Counted from the first letter of the stretch, positions 18,312 through 27,732 are shown. The stretch is DNA of 64,000 nucleotides from Verrucomicrobiota bacterium (GCA_016871805.1 VHCG01000006.1:32982-96981); one strand, 5' to 3'. Translations and numbers: made by a program. Notes: generated from the letters alone by a model not told the origin.

Positions 18312-19055
18312 ATGTCGATCGAACTGAAATCCATCCTCGAGTGCCTGCTCTTCTCGGCACCCAAGCCGTTGTCGGTCTCCGAGATCCGGGACGCGCTGAA
18401 CCGTGCGGCGACGGAGGAGGAGGCGACCCCGGAGGCGAAGTCGTTCCACAAGGTCCCTGTCGAGACAATCGACGAGGCCCTTTCGACCCTGTCCCAGGAG
18501 AACGAGGCGGCGGCGAGGAGCTATCGGCTGGTGTGCGTGGCGGGGGCGTGGCAGTTCGTCACGCAGCCGGAGTTCGGTCCCTGGCTCCGTTCCTTTGTGG
18601 GCGTCAAGAACCGTCCTGCCCGACTCTCCCAGCCGGCCCTGGAAACCCTCGCAGTCGTCGCCTATCGGCAACCGGTGACCCGGGCTGAGATCGAACAGAT
18701 CCGCGGTGTGGCCGTGGATGGAGTGATGGCCACCCTCAAAGAGCGGGGCTTGATCGAGGAGGTGGGCCGTGCCGAGGTGATTGGTCGGCCGATGCAGTTC
18801 GGCACGACGATGGCGTTTCTGGAGTATTTCGGGCTGGGGCGCCTCGAGGATCTGCCAGCGGCGGATGAGCTGCGTCGGATCCCGGTGGTCCGACCGGAGT
18901 CCCTGGCCACGGTGGAGCCGGGTGTCGTAGCCGACCTGCCGGAGCTGCCTTTGGAGCAGGCGGATCCGGAGGTGGCTGGCGGGCGGGGGGTGACGCCCGA
19001 GGCGGCGGAAATCCCTGAATCAAACGCCCGACTCGAGGAACCTCCGGCAGCCTGA
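18312..19055 (+). CDS. scpB: Segregation and condensation protein B
   Basis: Start at ATG 18312 (MSIELKSILECLLFSAPKPLSVSEI). ScpB blocks LSQPALETLAVVAYRQPVTRAEIEQIRGV. Follows scpA. Confidence 0.9.
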   Translation: MSIELKSILECLLFSAPKPLSVSEIRDALNRAATEEEATPEAKSFHKVPVETIDEALSTLSQENEAAARSYRLVCVAGAWQFVTQPEFGPWLRSFVGVKNRPARLSQPALETLAVVAYRQPVTRAEIEQIRGVAVDGVMATLKERGLIEEVGRAEVIGRPMQFGTTMAFLEYFGLGRLEDLPAADELRRIPVVRPESLATVEPGVVADLPELPLEQADPEVAGGRGVTPEAAEIPESNARLEEPPAA

Positions 19056-19099
19056 ACGGCGGATTTCGCCCGGTTGGCCGGTTTTGCCGGTTTTACCGA

Positions 19100-19990
19100 T
19101 CAGACCTTCTCGGCCTTGGTCGTGCCGAGCAGTCCGGCGGGTCGGAACAGGAGGATCAGAATCAGGATGCCGAAGGCGATGGCATCCCGGAACGTGGAAG
19201 CGCGGGTGCCTGAGATGAAGGTCTCGACCAGTCCGATCAGCATCCCTCCGAGTGCGGCGCCGGGCAGGTTGCCGATCCCCCCCAGCACGGCGGCGACGAA
19301 GGCCTTCAGGCCCGGCAGTGTGCCCATCAGGGGGTCGATGCTCGGGTAGTTCATCGCGTAGAGGATTCCGCCGGCGCCGGCGAGCGCGGAGCCGAGGGCG
19401 AAGGTGAACGAGATCACCCGGTCATTGTCGATGCCGACGAGGGACGCCGCCGTCGGGTTGAAGGACACGGCCCGCATGGCGGTGCCGATCCGGGTCCGAT
19501 GCACGACGTGGTGCAGTGCGCCGAGCAGGACGAGGGCGACGACGAGCACGGCGATCTGGCTGCTGGAGAGGGTGAGTCCGGCGAAGTTGACCTGGGACTG
19601 GGGGAATACCGACGGGAAGGCCTTGGGATTGGCGCCGAAGACCTTCTGTCCGCCCGCCTGCAGTAGCAGCGACACTCCGATGGCGGTGATGAGAACGGTG
19701 AGCGTCGAGCGGTTCCGGAGCGGTCGGTAGGCGAGCTTTTCGATCACCACGCCCAACGCGGCGCAGGCCAGCATGGCTCCGGTCAGGACAAGCAGACCGC
19801 CGATCAGGGACCCGCCACCCAGTCGTGGGGTGAGGTAGAGTCCCGTGTAGGCCCCGATCATGAACACGTCGCTGTGGGCGAAGTTGATGAACCGCAGGAC
19901 CCCGTAGACCATGGTGTATCCAAGGGCGATCAGAGCGTAGATCGCGCCGAGCGAGAGCCCGTTGAGCAGCTGTTGTAGGAGTTCGGTCAT
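19100..19990 (-). CDS. livH: Branched-chain amino acid ABC transporter permease (LivH family)
   Basis: Start at ATG 19990 (MTELLQQLLNGLSLGAIYALIALGYTMVYGVLRFINFAHSD), the canonical LivH N-terminus. About 8 TM segments. Confidence 0.85.
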   Translation of the reverse strand: MTELLQQLLNGLSLGAIYALIALGYTMVYGVLRFINFAHSDVFMIGAYTGLYLTPRLGGGSLIGGLLVLTGAMLACAALGVVIEKLAYRPLRNRSTLTVLITAIGVSLLLQAGGQKVFGANPKAFPSVFPQSQVNFAGLTLSSSQIAVLVVALVLLGALHHVVHRTRIGTAMRAVSFNPTAASLVGIDNDRVISFTFALGSALAGAGGILYAMNYPSIDPLMGTLPGLKAFVAAVLGGIGNLPGAALGGMLIGLVETFISGTRASTFRDAIAFGILILILLFRPAGLLGTTKAEKV

Positions 19991-20147
19991 GGGGTCGGCG
20001 GGGTGCCGTCCTGGTGAATCAGACTGCGGGGCGGGTTCGGGTGGGGTCAAGGGTGTTGGGGATTCCGGGGTGTATTCCGGGGTGGAGTTGCGCCGACACC
20101 GCCCCTGCGGTTGCCTGTCCGCGGGTGTTGGCTAGTGTCCGATCGCC

Positions 20148-20561
20148 ATGCGCGTCACCCGACTCCTCCATACCCGATACCGGCTCAACGACCTCGAGCG
20201 CTCCGTCACGTTCTATCGACAGGTCCTCGGATTGGAGGAGGTGCGCCGTCACAAATCTCCTCGGGGCTCGGAGCTGGTCTTCCTCAAGGCACCGCAGAGC
20301 GAGGAGACGATCGAGCTGTGCCATTTCCCGAATTCCGGACTGGTGGAGGTTCAGCCGGATCTCACGCATGTCGCCTTCGAGGTCGAGTCCCTGGCCGCCT
20401 TCGGGGAGCATCTGGCTCGACTGGGACTGAGGTATTCCGACGGACCCCACTACAAGAGCGATGGATCCGGCGGGTTCGCCTTTGTGGACGCCCCGGAGGG
20501 GTATGAGATCGAACTGATCGAGCGTCGTCCGACCGCACCGGGATCTGGCCTGGGATATTGA
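20148..20561 (+). CDS. gloA: Glyoxalase I / VOC-family lyase
   Basis: MRVTRLLHTRYRLNDLERSVTFYRQVLGL...IELCHF...THVAFEV...GYEIELIE matches the lactoylglutathione lyase pattern. Confidence 0.8.
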   Translation: MRVTRLLHTRYRLNDLERSVTFYRQVLGLEEVRRHKSPRGSELVFLKAPQSEETIELCHFPNSGLVEVQPDLTHVAFEVESLAAFGEHLARLGLRYSDGPHYKSDGSGGFAFVDAPEGYEIELIERRPTAPGSGLGY

Positions 20562-20565
20562 ACCC

Positions 20566-21414
20566 ATGCGCTGGTGTGGCCAACGGTTCGGCTTCCAGTT
20601 CCCCCGGCCGGCATTGGTCCTGGGGGTGCTGAATGTCACGCCGGACTCGTTCTCCGATGGCGGGCTCTATCGGGATCCCGGCCGGGCCGTGGAGCGTGCC
20701 CATCAGTTGGTGGCCGAGGGAGCGGATCTGATCGACGTGGGTGGGGAGTCCACACGTCCGGGTGCGGATCCTGTGGAGGACGCCGAGGAACTGGCCCGTG
20801 TCGTCCCGGTCGTGGAGCGGTTATGTCGGGAGCTGAAGGTGCCGGTGTCCATCGACACCCGGAAGCCGTCGGTTGCCGAGCGCTGTCTGGATCTCGGGGT
20901 GGCGGTGGTCAACGACATCGGGGCGAACCGTGAGGATCCGGCCCTGTGGCGGATCGTGGCGCGTCATCAATCCGGCTACGTGGCCATGCACATGCAGGGA
21001 GATCCCGGGACGATGCAGGTGCGGCCTAAGTACCGGGACGTGGTCGATGACGTGGTGGGGTTTCTCCAGGGCCGGCTGGTGAGGTTCCAGGAATCCGGCA
21101 TCACTCCGGACCAAGTCGTCCTCGACCCGGGCATCGGTTTTGGAAAATCGTTGGACCACAACTTGTCCCTCCTCGCGCACATCGATCGGTTCCAGTCCCT
21201 GGCTCGACCGGTCCTCCTTGGGGTCTCCCGGAAATCCTTCCTGGGACGCGTGCTGGGCGTGGCCGAGACCGAACGCCTGCCCGGTGCGCTGGCGTGTTCC
21301 GTCTGGGCGGCGTCGCGTGGGGTGCAGCTCTTCCGGACCCATGATGTCGCACCCACGGTGCAGGCATTGAGAACCCTCGAGGCGCTCTCCGCCTCGATCG
21401 CCCCCGTCCCATGA
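20566..21414 (+). CDS. folP: Dihydropteroate synthase
   Basis: LGVLNVTPDSFSDGG, DVGGESTRPGA, VNDI, DPGIGFGK motifs. Confidence 0.93.
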   Translation: MRWCGQRFGFQFPRPALVLGVLNVTPDSFSDGGLYRDPGRAVERAHQLVAEGADLIDVGGESTRPGADPVEDAEELARVVPVVERLCRELKVPVSIDTRKPSVAERCLDLGVAVVNDIGANREDPALWRIVARHQSGYVAMHMQGDPGTMQVRPKYRDVVDDVVGFLQGRLVRFQESGITPDQVVLDPGIGFGKSLDHNLSLLAHIDRFQSLARPVLLGVSRKSFLGRVLGVAETERLPGALACSVWAASRGVQLFRTHDVAPTVQALRTLEALSASIAPVP

Positions 21415-22238
21415 ACCCCTGGATCTGGGTCCAACAAGGGTGGCGTCCGGTGCTGGAGATCCTGATCCTGGCGACCGGGATCTTCTGGGCCTTCCGCTTC
21501 ATCAAGGGCACCCGGGGCGGACAGATAGTCACGGGGCTCCTTGCCCTGCTCCTGTCGTTGACGATCATCACCCGGGTCCTCGACCTGAAGGTGCTGAACG
21601 TCCTGATGAACCAGATGTTCGGGGTGCTCGCCCTTTCGATGGTGGTCATCTTCCAGCCTGAGCTCCGTCGGATGCTCGCGGAACTCGGCACGCTGTCGGT
21701 CTTCACCAACGCCCAGCAGCAGCGCGAAAGCATCGAGGACATCGTCCAGACCGCCGATCGTCTGTCACCGGTCCGCTTCGGAGCTCTCATCGCGCTCGAG
21801 CGCAACCAGCCCCTGTCGGAGGTCGTCGAGGGCGGGGTGCCCGTCAATGCGGAGCTCACCCCGGAGATGCTCGAGACGATCTTCTTTCCGAACAATGCGA
21901 TCCACGACGGCGGCGTGGTGGTGCGCGACAATCGGATTCTCCGGGCCGCCTGCATCTTCCCCCTGACCTCGAGGACCGATCTGTCGAAGTCCCTCGGGAC
22001 CCGTCATCGTGCGGCGCTGGGGCTCACCGAGGAGACGGACGCCATCGTGGTGGTGATCTCCGAGGAGACCGGGGCCATCTCCTATGCCCGGAGGGGGCAA
22101 CTGACAAGCAATGTGACGGTCGAGGAACTCCGGGCGTTCCTGAGCGCGGAGATGGTCACCCGTCTCCAGCCCAAGGGCTGGATGGGATGGTGGCGACGGT
22201 TTCGGGAGGGCGTGGGCCCGAAGGAAGGAGGATCCTGA
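21411..22238 (+). CDS. cdaA: Diadenylate cyclase CdaA (membrane-anchored DAC domain)
   Basis: N-terminal TM region plus DAC motifs GALIALER, DGGVVV, LGTRHRAALGLTEETDAIVVVISEETG. ATGA overlap with folP. Confidence 0.93.
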   Translation: MNPWIWVQQGWRPVLEILILATGIFWAFRFIKGTRGGQIVTGLLALLLSLTIITRVLDLKVLNVLMNQMFGVLALSMVVIFQPELRRMLAELGTLSVFTNAQQQRESIEDIVQTADRLSPVRFGALIALERNQPLSEVVEGGVPVNAELTPEMLETIFFPNNAIHDGGVVVRDNRILRAACIFPLTSRTDLSKSLGTRHRAALGLTEETDAIVVVISEETGAISYARRGQLTSNVTVEELRAFLSAEMVTRLQPKGWMGWWRRFREGVGPKEGGS

Positions 22239-22240
22239 CG

Positions 22241-22657
22241 ATGACGTGGAAGACCCTTTTCCAGGAGAACCTCTGGCAGAAGCTCTTCGCCCTGGGGCTG
22301 GCCATCCTCATCTGGCTGACGGTTAGCTCGAGCGAGGCGGTCCGGTTCGGCGCACTGGATGTCGAGGCGGTCGAGGAGATCGCGGACGTTCCGATCGTGG
22401 TGCTCACCCGTGCGGCGGATGCATGGCGCTACGTGGTGCGACCCGAGCGGGTGTCCGTGATCCTGCGCGGGCCTGCGGGGCAGCTCAGCGCGGTCACGGT
22501 GATGGGGCTGGAGGCCTATGTGAATCTCGTGGAGCTGGACCAGGGCTCCGGCGAGGTCGAGATCCATGTGAATGCCCCGGTGGGGACCCGTGTGATCGAG
22601 GTCGATCCTCCCCGGGTGAGGGTCGAACGGATTCCAGAGTCGACCCACAAACCCTGA
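22241..22657 (+). CDS. YbbR-domain protein (CdaR-like, single repeat)
   Basis: ATG 22241 is 2 nt after the cdaA stop and is preceded by aaggaaggagga. TM anchor, then a YbbR-like beta-rich repeat (VPIVVL...VSVILRGPAGQLSAV...EAYVNL...EVEIHVNAP). Confidence 0.75.
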   Translation: MTWKTLFQENLWQKLFALGLAILIWLTVSSSEAVRFGALDVEAVEEIADVPIVVLTRAADAWRYVVRPERVSVILRGPAGQLSAVTVMGLEAYVNLVELDQGSGEVEIHVNAPVGTRVIEVDPPRVRVERIPESTHKP

Positions 22658-22733
22658 GGGTCGCCTGCAGCCGACCCTTCCACTGTCCCACCGTCGGCAG
22701 GCGTAGGAACGTTCCGTCGAGTCGTTTGGACCC

Positions 22734-24281
22734 TTACTGGGCCGTGATGCGCACTCCGAGCCGCTCGAGGGTCGAGCCTTCATCACGGAACAGGCTGGAG
22801 AGCGCGGCGTAGTAGTCGAGTTCCGACCGGACCTCGTTGGACCGGGCCGAGGTGAGATCCCGCTGGAGACGCAGGACCTCGAAGGTCGTGCTCTTGCCGT
22901 TCTCGAGCTTCTTCTGTTCGGCATCCAAGGCGGCCTCCGCATAGGCCCGGGCCTCGCGATTGGCCAGGATCCGACCGTAGGCCGACTCCGCCACGAGGAT
23001 CGAGTTGTCGATGTCGCGCATGACGTTCTGCTCGATCTGTTTGTGGCGGAGGATCAGGCGCTCCTTGGTGATCTTGGCGGTCTGGAACGCGCTCCGGGCC
23101 CCGACGTTGCCGAGCGGGAAGGTAAACCGGGCCCCGACTCCGTAGCCTTTGTAGTCGGCATTGCCGAGTTGGTCGAAGGCGCCGCCCACGGGGTCTCCCA
23201 GCGGGGGGGATCCGTTGGTGTTGCCGAAGGCGATCTGGTTCGCGGACACACCGAACGATCCGGTGAGGTCCAGCTGGGGGAAGAGCTGGTTCCTGCGGAA
23301 CCGCACCGTGACGTTCTGCTTCTCCATCTCGATCTGGGACTGGAGGACGTCCGGACGCATCGTGAGTCCGCGCGACCAGCTCTCGGGACGGCTGAAGGGA
23401 TAGGGCTGCGGGGAGAACTTCTCGGAGGGTTTGACCTGGGTGTCCCGGATCTCGGAGTAGTCGGTGGTCAGCAGGCGCCGCAGATTGTTCTGGGCGGTTC
23501 CGAAGTTCTGACGGGCCTGGATCAGGTCGGCGCGGGTCGAGGCCACCTGGGCCTCGGCCTGTTGGGATTCGAGGGGTGCCATGGCCCCCACCTCGACGCG
23601 CTTGCGGTTCTCGGTCAGCAGCCTTTCGGCGAGTTCGACCGCCTTGGTCTGGACCTCGATGCTCGCCATCGCCGCGGCGAGGTTGTAGTAGACCAGTTGG
23701 ACGTCGGTCGCCGTCTGGATCATCTGGGCCCGGACGGTCTGTTCCTCCTGCAGGAGGGTCTTCTTGTTGAGGGAGATGGCCCAGCGGGCCTGGTCGATCC
23801 AGAGGTTCCGCAGCAGGGGCTGCGTCAGGGCGATGCCGGCGTTGCCGAACGCACTGTCCTGGTATTGGAGGAACCCCGCCCCATTGCCGCCGACGCGCGA
23901 TCGCACTGGGTTCATGTTGCCGGTCAACTGGTAGCTGGTTCCGGCCTCGGTCGGCAGGAGCCCGCTCAGCGAGGTGTTGAATTGCTGGGTGTAGGAGACG
24001 TTGGCCGGGGCCTGGAAGGAGGTGATCTGACGCTGGGAAGGATTGTCGGCCCGGTTTCCGTTGTATCCGAAGCCGAAGTTCGGATCGTAGGCCGAGTAGC
24101 TGCCCTCGAGGGCGAGATCGGCGAGGTCGGGGGCGTAGCGGACGATCTTGAGCTCCAGGTTGTTCTCGAAGGCCTCCTGGATGCATTGTTCCAGCGTGAC
24201 GTCGCGGGTCTTGACCGCGTCCGCGGCCCACGACGGGATCAGGGCCACGCCGGAGGCCAGGAGGAGGGAACGGAGCTTCAT
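22734..24281 (-). CDS. TolC-family outer membrane efflux protein
   Basis: Signal peptide MKLRSLLLASGVALIPSWA. Tandem OEP repeats (LEQCIQEAFENNLELK, coiled-coil helices). Confidence 0.85.
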   Translation of the reverse strand: MKLRSLLLASGVALIPSWAADAVKTRDVTLEQCIQEAFENNLELKIVRYAPDLADLALEGSYSAYDPNFGFGYNGNRADNPSQRQITSFQAPANVSYTQQFNTSLSGLLPTEAGTSYQLTGNMNPVRSRVGGNGAGFLQYQDSAFGNAGIALTQPLLRNLWIDQARWAISLNKKTLLQEEQTVRAQMIQTATDVQLVYYNLAAAMASIEVQTKAVELAERLLTENRKRVEVGAMAPLESQQAEAQVASTRADLIQARQNFGTAQNNLRRLLTTDYSEIRDTQVKPSEKFSPQPYPFSRPESWSRGLTMRPDVLQSQIEMEKQNVTVRFRRNQLFPQLDLTGSFGVSANQIAFGNTNGSPPLGDPVGGAFDQLGNADYKGYGVGARFTFPLGNVGARSAFQTAKITKERLILRHKQIEQNVMRDIDNSILVAESAYGRILANREARAYAEAALDAEQKKLENGKSTTFEVLRLQRDLTSARSNEVRSELDYYAALSSLFRDEGSTLERLGVRITAQ

Positions 24282-24408
24282 GATGCGTTGAGACTGAGTA
24301 GTTTGCCGACCAGGGTCAAACGGACTTTGACCTCCACTCCTGACACGCCGGGTAGGGTTCCGGTTTCAATCGAATGCGATTGTTTTGGCGTCGCGGCTCC
24401 CCGGGCGA

Positions 24409-25683
24409 TCAGCTCCAGAGGTGTTCCCCGGCAATGCTCCGGGCACAGTCGAGTGCCGCACCGAGGCCGTCCTCGTGGAACCCATACCTGAAATAGCTGC
24501 CTGCGAAGTAGATCCGGGCACCGGGCCTCCGGTTGAGGGCGGGAAGCTCCTTCTGGGCCCGGATGGCTCCCAGGCTGAACAGAGGATGCTCGTAGTCGAT
24601 CCGGCGGAGGACGGTGTCCGGCCGCATGTCCTCCTCGCCGTTGATCGACACGAAATACTGGGTCGTGCGGCTGACGCCTTGGAGGGAGTTCATCCAGTAG
24701 ACCGTCGAGGTGTGACCGGGTTCGTTCCGGGTCACCCGGTAGTTCCAGGAGGCCCAGGCCCGTCGTGCGCGCGGCATGAGCGACGTGTCGGTGTGCACGG
24801 TGGCCCGGTTCCGCTGGTATCGGAATTCCTGTAACAGGCGTCGTTCCTCGGACTCGGGCTCGGAGAGGAGGCGGAGGGCCTGGTCGGCATGGCAGGCCAG
24901 GATGACCCGGTCGAAGGACTCCCACCGGCCGCCCTCGGTCACCACCGTGACCCCGCCCGAGACGGGGCGTTCGACCGCACGGACCGGTGCGTTCAGCCGG
25001 ACCCGATCGCCCAGGAGCGGCCAGAGACGTCGGACATACTCCCTCGAGCCGCCCTCGACAGTCCACCAGGGGTGCTGGGTGTGGAGGCCGAGGAAGCCGT
25101 GGTTGTGGAAGAATCGGAGCAGCGTGGTGGCCGGGAACGCCAACATCTCGTCCGGCGGGGTGCTCCACACCGCACTGCTCATCGGCACGAGGTACAGATC
25201 GAGGAAGTCCTGTCCATAGCCTCGAAGGGCCACGTAGTCCCCCAGGGAGGTCTCGGCCCAACGGGGATCCTCGAGGGCCGTCACGGCCTCCTGGTTGAAT
25301 CGACGGATGGCCCGCAGGAGGTTCCAGAACCGGGGTCGGACGAGGTTGCGGCGCTGGGCGAACAGGGTGTCCCAGCCCGAGCCACAGAACTCGAGTCCGG
25401 TCGGCAGATGCTGGACCCCGAAGGACATCGAGGTGGGCTTCACCGGCACCCTTAGCTCCTCGAACAGCCGGCAGAGCAGGGGATAGGTGACCCGGTTGAA
25501 CACCATGAACCCGGTGTCGAAGGACACCGTCTCGGAGGCGCTCCGGACGTCGATGGTGTTCGTATGGCCGCCGGCGTAGTCGGCCTGCTCGAATAAGGTC
25601 AGGTCGAAGCGATCACGGAGAAGGTAGCCGCAGCCCAGCCCGGCAATGCCGGTTCCGACGATGGCGAGCCGTTCCCGGGACAT
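24409..25683 (-). CDS. NAD/FAD-binding oxidoreductase (amine-oxidase-like, COG2907-type)
   Basis: Dinucleotide fold LAIVGTGIAGLGCGYLL...LFEQADYAGGHTNT. Full-length similarity pattern to the flavin amine-oxidase-like proteins found in lipid-modification clusters. Confidence 0.8.
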   Translation of the reverse strand: MSRERLAIVGTGIAGLGCGYLLRDRFDLTLFEQADYAGGHTNTIDVRSASETVSFDTGFMVFNRVTYPLLCRLFEELRVPVKPTSMSFGVQHLPTGLEFCGSGWDTLFAQRRNLVRPRFWNLLRAIRRFNQEAVTALEDPRWAETSLGDYVALRGYGQDFLDLYLVPMSSAVWSTPPDEMLAFPATTLLRFFHNHGFLGLHTQHPWWTVEGGSREYVRRLWPLLGDRVRLNAPVRAVERPVSGGVTVVTEGGRWESFDRVILACHADQALRLLSEPESEERRLLQEFRYQRNRATVHTDTSLMPRARRAWASWNYRVTRNEPGHTSTVYWMNSLQGVSRTTQYFVSINGEEDMRPDTVLRRIDYEHPLFSLGAIRAQKELPALNRRPGARIYFAGSYFRYGFHEDGLGAALDCARSIAGEHLWS

Positions 25684-25723
25684 GGCGGGGTCAGATCCTC
25701 GAGGTCGTCGGAATCCCCGGGGA

Positions 25724-26710
25724 TCAGGGCTTGGGCTGAGGACCCAGGTGCATCTTGGTGTCGTACGCCGCCGAAGGCACCGGACGGAGATCCCAGATCA
25801 GGCCGGTCCAGGACATCACCTTGAGCAGGTAGTAGGTGATGTCGACCTCCCACCAGTAGAACCCCTGACGGGTGCAGGTCATGTGCTTGTGGTGGTTGTT
25901 GTGCCAGCCTTCGCCGAGAGTGATCAGGGAGAGGATGAAGCTGTTCCGGCTGTCGTCGCCGGTCTCATAGCGTCGTTGGCCCCAGACATGGGCCATGGAG
26001 TTGATGCAGGAGGTTCCGTGGAACAACGCCGTGGTGCTGATGAAGAAGCCCCAGACGAGCATCTGGCCGCCGGAGGTGTGGAGCCCGGGGGCGTAGGCCT
26101 CAAGCATCCTGCCCAGAACGAACAGGAGCACCGCCGAGGCGATAGGCACCAGCGTGTCGAAGCGATTCAGGAAGACGAGTTCCGGGAACTTGGCGAGGTC
26201 CTTCACCCGGGAGTAGTCGGTCGGAAAGTTCTTCCGGCTGGTGATCCAGCCGATGTGCGACCACATAAACCCGTGCTGACGCGGAGAATGCTTGTCGTCC
26301 TCCTCGTCCGAGTGCTGGTGGTGATGGCGATGGGTGTAGGCCCACCAGAGGGCCCCCTTCTGCACGCACGTCGCTCCCCAGAGGGCCAGGACGAACTGCC
26401 AGGCCCGTGAGGTCGAGAAGGTCCGGTGGGAGAAGTAGCGGTGGTAGAACCCGGTGACCGCGAACATCCGGATGAAGTACAGGAAGACCGCCGATCCCAC
26501 GGCAAACCAGCTCCAGCCGGTCCAGATCACGCCGAGGCATCCGACATGCAGGATCACAAAGCTCATGGCGCGGACCCAGTCGACCTTGTCGGGCTGGCTC
26601 TTGAGCGTCTCAATCCGAGGGGCTCCGTAGTCCGTGTCGAACCACTGGACGAGGTAGGTCAGGGCACGGCGGAACGGACCGAGGTGGGCTGCAGTTGCGG
26701 TGTCTGTCAT
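25724..26710 (-). CDS. Acyl-CoA (stearoyl-CoA-type delta-9) fatty acid desaturase
   Basis: Three His boxes: HRYFSH, HRHHHQHSD, HNNHHKH. Four TM segments. Confidence 0.9.
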   Translation of the reverse strand: MTDTATAAHLGPFRRALTYLVQWFDTDYGAPRIETLKSQPDKVDWVRAMSFVILHVGCLGVIWTGWSWFAVGSAVFLYFIRMFAVTGFYHRYFSHRTFSTSRAWQFVLALWGATCVQKGALWWAYTHRHHHQHSDEEDDKHSPRQHGFMWSHIGWITSRKNFPTDYSRVKDLAKFPELVFLNRFDTLVPIASAVLLFVLGRMLEAYAPGLHTSGGQMLVWGFFISTTALFHGTSCINSMAHVWGQRRYETGDDSRNSFILSLITLGEGWHNNHHKHMTCTRQGFYWWEVDITYYLLKVMSWTGLIWDLRPVPSAAYDTKMHLGPQPKP

Positions 26711-26915
26711 GGATTCGGGGAACGGCTCGTTCTCTCAAGGGGCGCCCTGGCCCGACAGTGTCGGGCCTGGGCGGAACCCAAGGCACAATTGAATGATGAC
26801 ATCATACCGTCAAAAGACCAGCACGGTCTCGGTGGTGCGAGACCATTCGGTTTTCCATGATGGTCTGCATAAGTCAGGCGTCCTGGGAGCGTCCTTGCGG
26901 CTTGCCGGAGGGGTG

Positions 26916-27353
26916 ATGGGTATCCGATCCTCTGGCCTGCTTCCGATGGAATTACTCCAACACTGGCTCTGGTATCAGGGGCACTTCCTCGGCATCGAGT
27001 GGCACGTGTGGAAGGTAGTCGGCTGGACGGGCAACCTGGCCTTCACGGCCCGGTTCCTGGTCCAGTGGTATGCCACCGAGCGGCGTCGGGAGGTGGTAGT
27101 GCCCGTGGCGTTCTGGTGGCTCAGCATCACCGGGTCGTGGCTCCTCCTCGCCTATGCCGTGGTGCACAAGCGCGACTCCGTCTTCATCTTCGCGAACCTC
27201 TTCAACTGGATCCCCTATCTGCGGAATCTGATCATCCAGCGTCGGCATGAGCGGACTCATCGGGAGTGTCCGTCGTGCTCGAGGACCAATCCTCCCCAAG
27301 CCCGGTTCTGCATGAACTGCGGGAGTCCCGCGGCCCCCGTCTCCGGGTCCTGA
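26916..27353 (+). CDS. Lipid-A-disaccharide-synthase N-terminal (LAB_N) domain membrane protein fused to a C-terminal zinc ribbon
   Basis: LAFTARFLVQWYATERRREVVVPVAFWWLSITGSWLLLAYAV is a LAB_N pattern. C-terminal CPSC...CMNCG. Start uncertain (26916 or 26946). Confidence 0.7.
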   Translation: MGIRSSGLLPMELLQHWLWYQGHFLGIEWHVWKVVGWTGNLAFTARFLVQWYATERRREVVVPVAFWWLSITGSWLLLAYAVVHKRDSVFIFANLFNWIPYLRNLIIQRRHERTHRECPSCSRTNPPQARFCMNCGSPAAPVSGS

Positions 27354-27375
27354 CCCTTTCCACGGACGTGGGACC

Positions 27376-27732
27376 TCAGGGCTTGCCGGGCCGGATGGCG
27401 TTTGTCCCGGCGATCGGTTCCAGACGGAACCGATCGAGCACGTGGGTGGCGTAGTCGGGGTGTCGGCCCCCGATCCGCTGGAACACGGGCAACAGTTCGG
27501 CCATGGGGATCCACTGCTGCTGGGCCTCCTTGAGCGCGGTCTCCTGGGCCACGATCTGGAACCGCAGGAGCTGCGACTGACGGTACATGAACAGGCAGAG
27601 GGCGGCGGTGCCGACCACCGTGGCGACGAGGAGGATGCGGACCGTGCCCTGGAGGGTCGAAAGCTCGGAACGCAGGCGTGCGACCTCGCTCGCGGAGGCC
27701 GTGTCGGACTGGAAATCGGAACCCGATGTCAT
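27376..27732 (-). CDS. Hypothetical single-pass membrane protein (118 aa)
   Basis: ATGA overlap with the upstream 96-aa gene. TM segment ILLVATVVGTAALCLFMY. GC3-rich. No family recognised. Confidence 0.55.
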   Translation of the reverse strand: MTSGSDFQSDTASASEVARLRSELSTLQGTVRILLVATVVGTAALCLFMYRQSQLLRFQIVAQETALKEAQQQWIPMAELLPVFQRIGGRHPDYATHVLDRFRLEPIAGTNAIRPGKP

